52,311 nt of DNA from the IMG/VR virus record IMGVR_UViG_3300005532_000255, positions 1 to 52,311 of that record, one strand, 5' to 3'. Numbering within the stretch: position 1 is the stretch's first letter; each line of letters starts with the position of its first letter. The notes under the pieces are model-generated. The model was not told where the DNA came from. It saw only the letters and a program-made list of their open reading frames with translations, and did no database searches. Position numbers and translations under genes: made by a program. This document shows positions 45,204 through 52,311 of the stretch, one piece after another. The DNA is from a virus (taxonomy: Duplodnaviria; Caudoviricetes).

Positions 45204-47077
45204 TCAGAGGTGAAACCTCCCCACGATCCGTCGCACGGGCCCAGGCCTGCTAACCGGCCGTGAGGGCGCTGCAGCTTTCGCATGTGGAGCGAGTGCTCCA
45301 ACTTGCTCCCTCAACTGCGCCCACCGTTTCTCACCGAACCTCTCGATGCCCAGCACAATCGCAGCAGCGCGAGCGTAGATCCTGGTGTCGAGCGCCTCGT
45401 TGCGCTCCCGGATCTTCTTCCACTCCTGCTTGCGGTAGCCGCCCTTGGTGACCCGCGTGACCAACTGCTCGGCCGTGAGCTGCCTGAAGAACTCATCGCC
45501 GATCTGCGGGAAGTGGCAGTAGCCGGGCGGGTGCGGCTCGCCGTCGAGCGGCGCCGGCAAACGCAGCCAGCCGTACAGCTCGCTCTTAAGCGTGCCGGTG
45601 GAGACAGGCCACACGCGGATGCCGCGACGCAGCTTCTTCCCCGTGCCAGCCACATCGACAGCGGCCGGTATCCCAACGGCCGCCGGAGCATAATCCACGC
45701 CCTTGACGACCAGGATGCGGCCGGGCCCCTGCTGGCGCGCCCAGTCGTAGACGTACTGCGTGCCAAAACCCGAGTCGATGGCAAGCCGCTGAATCGGCAT
45801 CTCGATTCCATTGGCGCGGCGATATGTGGCCGCGAGCAGATCGGTCAACTGACGCCACACTGACGCGCTCGCCGTGTCGCCCTCCAGCACCACGTAATCG
45901 ACCAGCCAGCTTTCTTTGCCTTCGCCCCAGGCGACAACCTGAACTTCGATGCGATCTTTCTGCACGTCGGCGCCGGCGGTGAGAACCAGACCGCCGGCCG
46001 GCACGGTGCCGAGAACGTAGTCCTCGCGCCGCTCGTAGAGGCGCTGCCAGTCGGGCGCTTCGCCGGATTCCACCCACGGCTCGGCCAGCACCGTGTTGAC
46101 GAACTCCCGCAACGTCTCCTGCGATTTCTGGTCTTGCAGGAACTTCTTGGCGAGCGCGCCCCACTTCCGCCAGGGCGAGTAGAGCGCGTTGATCCAGAAC
46201 CCCACCGTCCCGCTCCCCGGGTTCGCCGCCCGCCATTCGCCCCCCTGGAGCATCCGGTGCTTTTGCCAATCCTGGATGTCGCCAGAACAGTGCTCGCACT
46301 GATAGTGCGCCTTCTGCGGCTCGCCCTTCGGCCAGACTAGGCGCTCCCATCGCAGCACCTGATATTCCTCGCAGTGCGGGCACGGCACCCAGAAGCTGCG
46401 CTGGTCCGACTCCAGCCACGCCGCCTCGATCCTCGACAGCCCTTTCACCGTGGGCGTCGAGCACATGGCGATCTTGCGGTTCCAGAAGTTGGCGTGCGGG
46501 TGATGGCCAGGTTGACCGGATCGCCTTCGCTGCCGGCGCTCGCCGGATACCGGTCGATCTCGTCGAGCAGGCAGTAGCGGATCGAGCGCATCGCCAGACC
46601 CGCCGGCGAGTTGGCGGCCGAGAGCGTGATCGTCCCGCCCAGAAACTTCTTGTGCAGGATCGTGTTCCGCGAGTCGCGGCTGCGGGCTTCGGAGACTTTC
46701 CCGTGCAGGCACGGCGTGTCGCGCAGCATGGGCGCCAGGCGGTCCTTCGAGAAGGCCTCGGCGTCGATCTCGCGCGGCTGGACCATCAGGACGGGCCCGG
46801 GGTCGAGGTCGATGACGTAGCCGAGGAAGTTTTCGAGAATCGAACTCTTGCCCATCTGGGCGGCGCTCATGATTACGACCGTCTCTGCCGGATGGCTGGG
46901 GCTGAGCACATCCATGATCGCCCGCTGATAGGGTGCGCGATCGGTTCGCCACTCGCCCTTCTCCGCCGCCGACTCGGAGCTCAACCGGCGGTTCCGGTCG
47001 GCCCATTCCGAGACCGTCAGGTCGGGCGGCGGAACCAAAACCTCGGCCGCCAGGATCTGGATCTCTTCAACGCGCAT
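45204..47077 (-). pseudogene. terL: Terminase large subunit (lambda GpA family), split by a 1-nt deletion near 46492
   Basis: ORF 47077-46445 has AAQMGKS and LLDEIDRY; the C-terminal part in another frame has STPT, CPHC, GADVQ, NEALD. Junction ...ITRT|ANFWNRK. Confidence 0.9.
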
Positions 47078-47549
47078 ACTGAACGTCCGAGCGGAGCAGA
47101 TTGAGCAGGGCGTGCATCTCGCGCTTGAGCGCCTCGCGCACCTGGCGCTCGTCGTTGATCGCCGCGATCTCCGGCGCGAGCTTGTCAGGCACAGCCAGGA
47201 TCCTCTCTTTCAGCTCCACCAGGATCGACGCCCAGCGATTCTTCACCGCCTCGGCCTCGACTAACTGCTGCCGGCGTTTCTCGTACTCCAGGTGTTTGAG
47301 CTTGGCTTCGTAGATGATCTTGGCAAGCCTCGCCTGGGCATAGCTGGCGCCCGGCTGCGGATCTGGCTCCGCCGGCAAGGCGAGCCGCTCGGGCCGGTCG
47401 TCGAGCACCGCGTCGGACGCGGCCACATCTACCAAATTGCCCCGCATCACCAGCACGCCCGCGTCGGCCAGCCGGCTGATGTACTGCCGGCTCTTGCCGC
47501 GGTGTTTCGCGTACGCGTTTCTGGTCAGATACTGGCGGGATTCGCCCAT
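47067..47549 (-). CDS. terS: Terminase small subunit (Nu1-like)
   Basis: N-terminal HTH (YAKHRGKSRQYIS), coil, LVE..V...ILAVPDKLA; overlaps terL start. Confidence 0.85.
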   Translation of the reverse strand: MGESRQYLTRNAYAKHRGKSRQYISRLADAGVLVMRGNLVDVAASDAVLDDRPERLALPAEPDPQPGASYAQARLAKIIYEAKLKHLEYEKRRQQLVEAEAVKNRWASILVELKERILAVPDKLAPEIAAINDERQVREALKREMHALLNLLRSDVQYAR

Positions 47550-47697
47550 CAATCGCCATCCGCTCCCGCATCTGTTTGAAACATCGCGAGATAAAGTTGT
47601 TTCGGTCCTTCGAGATTTCCCTTGCCTGTCTGCGCCACCCGATCCATCATCGCTGTCGATGGATTGCAGCGGCAATGGCCGTCAACAGGAGATCAGA

Positions 47698-47913
47698 ATG
47701 AAGAAATCCGCAGTAGAAACGGGAGGTATCTACACCGCCAAGGTCAGCGGCAATCTGACCCGGGTCCGCATCACCCGCACGTCGCCGTACGGCGGATGGT
47801 ACGGGATCAATCTCGCCACCGGGCGCGAGGTGTACATCCGCAGCGCCCAGAGGTTGCGCCACAGAGTCACCCACCCCGAGGCCCAACCCATCGCCTGCCA
47901 GGAGACCATATGA
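47698..47913 (+). CDS. Small hypothetical protein
   Basis: AGGAG RBS; YTAKVSG...GGWYGINLATGREVYIRSAQRLR. Confidence 0.7.
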   Translation: MKKSAVETGGIYTAKVSGNLTRVRITRTSPYGGWYGINLATGREVYIRSAQRLRHRVTHPEAQPIACQETI

Positions 47914-48098
47914 CCACCACCTTCGTAATCGAGACACTGCAGCGCGAGCTGACAGCGGCCAAGGAGGATGCCTCGCGGCAAGCATCGCAGGCGACCAACG
48001 ATGACGTACATCGCTTCCTGCTAGGCTTCAGCATCGAGCTGGAACGGGCGCTTCAGATTCTGCAGGAGGTCACCAGACTTACAGGAGCCAAGACATGA
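47910..48098 (+). CDS. Small helical hypothetical protein
   Basis: AGGAG RBS; ATGA overlaps on both sides. Confidence 0.65.
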   Translation: MTTTFVIETLQRELTAAKEDASRQASQATNDDVHRFLLGFSIELERALQILQEVTRLTGAKT

Positions 48099-48670
48099 CC
48101 ACATTTGTACTCGACTGCGACAACAACCTAATCGCCTTCGACTCACGGCAGAAGGCGGAATTCGCCAACATCGCCGGGGCCCGGATATTCAGCTCGCAGC
48201 AGGAGCTGGAGGCCCTCGACCTCGGCGCTTCCAGGCTGGTCGAAATCTGGAATGGATTTGCGGGCGCTGTCCCGTTCGACGATCTGAGGCCGGTCAAGAA
48301 GTTCGAGAACCGCCACATCGCCGCGGCCCGGATCTGGCAGGCGGTCCAGCGCCTGGCCCCCAAAACGGCCGCCCCTGCGCCGGCGAACGCCGCCGCCGCG
48401 CCCAAGACCAAAGGGCCGAAGCCCGCCGGCGCCAAGCCCGCCCCGCGGCCGCAGGGCGGCGCGCCAGCGCCGGATGGCAGCAAGAAGGCCGGCGTTCTGG
48501 CTCTGCTGCGCCGGGCCGACGGCGCGACGCTCGCCGAGATCATGGCCGCCACCGGCTGGCAGGCCCACACCGTGCGGGGCTTCATCAGCGGAACCCTCAG
48601 CAAGAAGATGGGAATCCAGATCGAGTCCTTCCAAACCTCCCAGGGCAAGCGCGCCTACCGCGCCTCGTAG
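48095..48670 (+). CDS. DUF3489-family wHTH protein
   Basis: SKKAGVLALLRRADGATLAEIMAATGWQAHTVRGFISG. Confidence 0.88.
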   Translation: MTTFVLDCDNNLIAFDSRQKAEFANIAGARIFSSQQELEALDLGASRLVEIWNGFAGAVPFDDLRPVKKFENRHIAAARIWQAVQRLAPKTAAPAPANAAAAPKTKGPKPAGAKPAPRPQGGAPAPDGSKKAGVLALLRRADGATLAEIMAATGWQAHTVRGFISGTLSKKMGIQIESFQTSQGKRAYRAS

Positions 48671-48680
48671 AGAGTCGGCC

Positions 48681-48863
48681 ATGATGATCGAGTTCGAAGA
48701 CCACGGCGCGGAGGAGCAGCGACTCCTCCTCCGCTACCTCGAGCAACGTAAGGCGCAAGGAAGCTTCCCGCCTCAGCCTCCTGCACCGAGGCCCAATTGG
48801 CTCTGGCGCCTCGTCGGATGCATCTGGCTCACCTGGGCACGCCGGCGCTACGGCCCCAAGTAA
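48681..48863 (+). CDS. Small hypothetical protein
   Basis: ATG 10 nt after the DUF3489 stop. Confidence 0.45.
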   Translation: MMIEFEDHGAEEQRLLLRYLEQRKAQGSFPPQPPAPRPNWLWRLVGCIWLTWARRRYGPK

Positions 48864-49006
48864 ACATCTCCTACCCCGTCCGCCGCCGGGCCCAGAGGGC
48901 GCCCCTCTGCCCGGCGGCGCTGTTCTTCCAGGAATCACCGGCTGCACTTGGAATGCTTCGAAGAAGAAGTACGGCCGGCGGCCTCGCAGGGGAGTCGCCG
49001 GGCCGC

Positions 49007-49234
49007 CTAATCGAGTCCCTTGAACATGGCCGACAGCTTGACATTCAATGCCTTGGCGATGGCCCGAAGGCTGGCGAGGGTCACATTGCGCTCGCCGCGT
49101 TCCACCGAACCCATATAGCTGCGATCCAACCCACAGATATGAGCGAACTCTTCCTGGCTCCAGCCCCGCCGCTTGCGGAGTTCTCTGATCCGTAAGCCCA
49201 ACCGCTTCTGGAAATTCTGGAGATCCTGTTGCAC
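49007..49234 (-). CDS. XRE-family HTH regulator
   Basis: LGLRIRELRKRRGWSQEEFA...DRSYMGSVERGERNVTL. Confidence 0.9.
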   Translation of the reverse strand: MQQDLQNFQKRLGLRIRELRKRRGWSQEEFAHICGLDRSYMGSVERGERNVTLASLRAIAKALNVKLSAMFKGLD

Positions 49235-49344
49235 TCCAGACAGCTTGGGACTATACTGTCTCGCTGTCCACGGACTTCGAGAACACGGACTATAAGAATC
49301 AAAGTCCGCGGGCGGCTGTTTCGATGGCGCTCTGAGATCAGCTC

Positions 49345-49518
49345 ATGAAACCCGACCGGCTGGCCGAAATCATCCGGGAACTCTGGCGCGAACTGCACGC
49401 GCTCGATGAATGTATCGCCGTCTTGGAGACTCTGGCCACCGGACGGCGAAAGCGCGGGCGGCCCCGCAAGAGGCCATTGCCACCGGAGAAGAGCCGCCCC
49501 AGGGCTGAAAGCCGCTAA
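49345..49518 (+). CDS. AT-hook small protein (57 aa)
   Basis: Below track cutoff: MKPDRLAEIIRELWRELHALDECIAVLETLATGRRKRGRPRKRP... Confidence 0.65.
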   Translation: MKPDRLAEIIRELWRELHALDECIAVLETLATGRRKRGRPRKRPLPPEKSRPRAESR

Positions 49519-50933
49519 GCATTCTCCGCCGTTGCCGCCTGATTGGCGGGCGGCGCTTTTTTTTCTTTCCCCCTTTCCGCTGCCACCGCATCGAACGTCC
49601 GCCCGTCGCCATCCAGCACCGATTTGCGGCCCGTATAGTCCTGCCAGCGGCGAACGATGAGATCGGAATACGGAGGGTCGATTTCCATCAGCCGGGCCCG
49701 GCGCCCGAGCTTCTCCGCTGCGATCAGCGTGCTGCCCGATCCCCCGAACAGATCCAAGACCACCTCGCCGGGACGCGACGAATACGTCAGCGCCCGCGCT
49801 GCCAGCTCGACCGGCTTCTCGGTCAGGTGCACCATGGCGTTCGGACTCACCTTCTTCACGCTCCACACATCCGTCGCGTTCGTGATCTCCGGGTTGAACC
49901 AGTGCGCCGCGCCCTCGCGCCACCCATAAAATGCCCACTCATGGTTGCCCATAAAATCTTTGCGGGTCAGCACGGGATGTTCCTTCACCCAGATGATGGC
50001 TTGGGAAAAGTACAACCCGCACTCGGTGAGCGCCGGCGGGTAGTTGGCGCAGTTGGCGTAGCCGCCCCAGATGTAGAACGAGCCCCCGGGCTTCAGCACC
50101 CGCGCCAGGTGTCCGAACCACTGGCGCAGCAGGACATCGTAATCGGCGTCCTTCATGAAGTCGTTTTCGAGCGCCCGATCCTTGGGCCGCATCTTCTTCG
50201 TGGTGGCCTTGGCCTTCGACGCGCCCCGGTGAACGTCAAAGCTCTGGTGATGGTGCAGGCCGGCGAACGACGACAGCCCGGCGGCGATGGCGTTGTTCGA
50301 GCGCGGCTCCACCCGCACGTTATACGGAGGATCGGTGTTAACGAGATCGACTGGTCCACCCTCCACTAGGCGGTCAACATCCTCGGGATTGGCCGAATCC
50401 CCACATAGCAGCCGATGCTCACCCAACACCCACAGATCACCGCGCCGGGACACCGGCTCTTCGAGCGGCTCCGGCACCGCGTCCTCTGCGCCTATGTCCG
50501 CACCGGCTTCTCCTGTCCCAAGGAGCAAGGCGTCCAGCTCCTCGCTGCTGAACCCGGTCAGATCGAGGTCGAAGTCTGCCTCTTTGAGATCGGCCAATTC
50601 CAGGCTCAATAGCTCGGGGTCCCATCCCGCGTTCAGGGCGAGCTTGTTGTCGGCCAGGATGTAGGCGCGCTTCTGAGTCTCGGTGAGGTGATCGAGAACC
50701 ACGACCGGGACTTGTTCCAGTTTCAGCTTCCGCGCGGCCAGCAGCCGGCCGTGTCCGGCGATGATGCCCGCGTTTATATCCACGAGAATCGGGTTGTTGA
50801 ACCCGAACTCCAAAATGCTCGCGGCGATCTGGGCAATCTGAGCGTCGGAGTGTGTGCGGGGATTGCGTGCATAGGGGATCAGGCGGTCAATGGACCACAG
50901 CTCCATCCCCTTGGCCAGGGCGGGCAAAGGCAT
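49515..50933 (-). CDS. ParB-N domain fused to N6-adenine/N4-cytosine DNA methyltransferase
   Basis: PYARNPRTHS, IIAGHGRL, ADNKLA; TDPPYNV, HLTEKPV, LDLFGGSGST. Confidence 0.93.
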   Translation of the reverse strand: MPLPALAKGMELWSIDRLIPYARNPRTHSDAQIAQIAASILEFGFNNPILVDINAGIIAGHGRLLAARKLKLEQVPVVVLDHLTETQKRAYILADNKLALNAGWDPELLSLELADLKEADFDLDLTGFSSEELDALLLGTGEAGADIGAEDAVPEPLEEPVSRRGDLWVLGEHRLLCGDSANPEDVDRLVEGGPVDLVNTDPPYNVRVEPRSNNAIAAGLSSFAGLHHHQSFDVHRGASKAKATTKKMRPKDRALENDFMKDADYDVLLRQWFGHLARVLKPGGSFYIWGGYANCANYPPALTECGLYFSQAIIWVKEHPVLTRKDFMGNHEWAFYGWREGAAHWFNPEITNATDVWSVKKVSPNAMVHLTEKPVELAARALTYSSRPGEVVLDLFGGSGSTLIAAEKLGRRARLMEIDPPYSDLIVRRWQDYTGRKSVLDGDGRTFDAVAAERGKEKKAPPANQAATAENA

Positions 50934-50973
50934 CGCGTCGTCTGCTCCGGGGGAGTGATTACGTTCTGGAGGG

Positions 50974-51243
50974 TTACTTGCCGATGTAGGGGGCCTGTGC
51001 CGGCGTGCCGTCCGGGTTGGCGAAGTGGGCCAGCACGGCCGTCAAGCCCTGCACGGCCGACAGCGCCACCATCGCCCAGAACTTCCCCTTGGGCGGCAGA
51101 AAATCCTGGGTGGCGTTGATGCCCTGCGCAGCCAGGGCGAGGATCTGGATAGCAACGTTCACTGAAAATTTCATCTTGGTAAGCTCCTGAAATTGTGAAA
51201 TGAGAGGCCGTAAACGCAAAAACAAACGAATTTCGCGGATCAT
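50974..51243 (-). CDS. Small membrane protein, holin-like
   Basis: Two hydrophobic segments; GGAG RBS. Confidence 0.55.
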   Translation of the reverse strand: MIREIRLFLRLRPLISQFQELTKMKFSVNVAIQILALAAQGINATQDFLPPKGKFWAMVALSAVQGLTAVLAHFANPDGTPAQAPYIGK

Positions 51244-51259
51244 CCGGCGCAATCTCCAA

Positions 51260-51418
51260 TCAGAACGTCCGCCTGATATCCCGCTCGATGCCCTTCAGCA
51301 CCCGCACGATGGCATGGCCGGTCTTTCTTGCGGCCCTCTCCACATCCGGCCCCAGACGCTCCCCGCCATAGTGGACTAGGCCGAGCGTAAGTGCGACGAT
51401 GACGGCGGTGGTGGTCAT
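51260..51418 (-). CDS. Small membrane-anchored protein (52 aa)
   Basis: MTTTAVIVALTLGLVHYGG...IRRTF; below track cutoff. Confidence 0.45.
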   Translation of the reverse strand: MTTTAVIVALTLGLVHYGGERLGPDVERAARKTGHAIVRVLKGIERDIRRTF

Positions 51419-51449
51419 GATGCACGTCTCGTTTCAGAAAATTCGCCTG

Positions 51450-51690
51450 CTGTGACACCGGAGTGACACCCTGGTGTCACGGTTCCCTTCTGTCCCTGTT
51501 CTGTTCTGTTCTGTTCTGTTCTATGTACACCTGAGTGGCAGCCGAGAGACACCCGGGTGACACCCGCGTGTGACCGCTGGTAAGTCTTTGACGGTGGACT
51601 ACCTTAGGTGCGCCTAAGCCAAAGGTGGCAGCCGGGTGACAGGCACGTGGCAGGCGAGTGACACGCCCTTGGCATCACAATGTCAACCGC
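51450..51690. repeat. Non-coding array of 11-bp iteron-like units, (GTTCT)n tract and IHF-like site
   Basis: About 12 units of NGTGRCANNCG type in three clusters; GTTCT five times (51498-51522); TAAGTCTTTGACG 51581-51593; hairpin CTTAGG TGCG CCTAAG 51603-51618. Confidence 0.75.
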
Positions 51691-51714
51691 ACCCGCACCC
51701 TAATTTTTGGGCAA

Positions 51715-51775
51715 TTCGCTGGCGAAAACGTGCCATCTCTCTACCCGCCGCCCGCCGCGCCAGGAAGTACCTAAA
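51715..51775 (-). other. Putative cos region
   Basis: Minus strand AGGTACTTCCTGG...GC-rich...GTTTTCGC resembles lambda cosQ (GGGTCCT)...cosN...GTTTTCGC; upstream of the GpA-type packaging module. Confidence 0.5.
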
Positions 51776-52029
51776 AACTCAAACTCTTACGGGCCATTGA
51801 CGGCGACGTCCGGAATAGAAACTCAAAGTTTATGTTTCAAACACTTCTACGTAAAACGTTTGTAGCCAATGAAGCGGTCTTGGGAAAGGCCGTTGTATTA
51901 CCTCCACGCTCCCCACGACGCGCGGGCGGGCCTATATTGCCCGGGAACTGGTCACCGGCCGGACACTCCGCGTAGCACGGAGGCCGGCCTCTGCGGAGAC
52001 CGTAAAAGAACTTGTAAAACCGTTGGCGC

Positions 52030-52311
52030 TCAGCTTCTGACCTGGCCGGGTTGATGCATGGCAAGCGGGTGTTTGTCCGGTCCGTTCCAAAAAATCACGC
52101 CGCGCCCGGCAAGAATCGCGCGTTCCTCAGCCGCACGGGCGTTCGCCAGGACCAGGGTCTGTTGCATCTGACTCAGCACAAGCGTCCCGGCCGCCGTGAA
52201 TTCCGCGTAGCCCCGGTTCACAAGGTCGCGGGCCCGTTTCAAGCTCGTGTACCGCGAAGCCACCGGGTTCTCGATGATCACTACACGGGAAGTTTTCTTG
52301 CGGCGAGACAC
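52030..52311 (-). CDS. Hypothetical protein (start at or beyond the window edge)
   Basis: 93-aa ORF co-oriented with the phage genes. Confidence 0.55.
   Translation of the reverse strand: MSRRKKTSRVVIIENPVASRYTSLKRARDLVNRGYAEFTAAGTLVLSQMQQTLVLANARAAEERAILAGRGVIFWNGPDKHPLAMHQPGQVRS

Larger units (their letters stand above)
430..52311 (-). mobile_element. Lambda-like siphovirus prophage (right att beyond the window)
   Basis: att, integrase, replication, recombination, tail, head and packaging modules are contiguous and co-oriented. Confidence 0.93.

Noticed and set aside
46445-46510. Programmed frameshift in terL
   Set aside because: No slippery heptamer; a single missing G in ACG GCC explains it
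49007-50933. Type II restriction-modification system
   Set aside because: No adjacent restriction endonuclease; ParB-MTase beside terminase is a common orphan in such phages
51450-51690. CRISPR array
   Set aside because: Units are 5 and 11 bp, contiguous, with no unique spacers

Overview
GC-rich window, probably from an Acidobacterium (Oar-like TonB receptor, PEGA protein, AT-hook protein). It is almost entirely one lambda-like siphovirus prophage whose core genes all lie on the minus strand. From right to left: putative cos, ParB-MTase, terS, terL (frameshifted), portal, S49 protease/scaffold, capsid, neck, tail tube, chaperone with -1 slippery site, tape measure, tail tip, holin-like genes, phosphoesterase, exonuclease, ERF, JAB, nucleotide enzymes, resolvase, initiator with iterons, primase-helicase, HNH, tRNA-like element, tyrosine integrase. 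The prophage ends at a 3' tRNA-Pro(CGG) fragment (att, 430-477). Left of att, a different element begins with a type I-G-like cas3 that the ORF track missed. About a dozen plus-strand cargo genes sit between core genes (HEPN, TraB-like, HNH-like, ParA pair, secreted collar protein, PEGA), and a TonB receptor/GntR cassette interrupts the tail operon. The least explained signals are a second, non-coding copy of the replication-origin iterons beside cos and a tRNA-like fold that may bracket the HNH gene. All calls come from reading motifs by eye; no searches were run.
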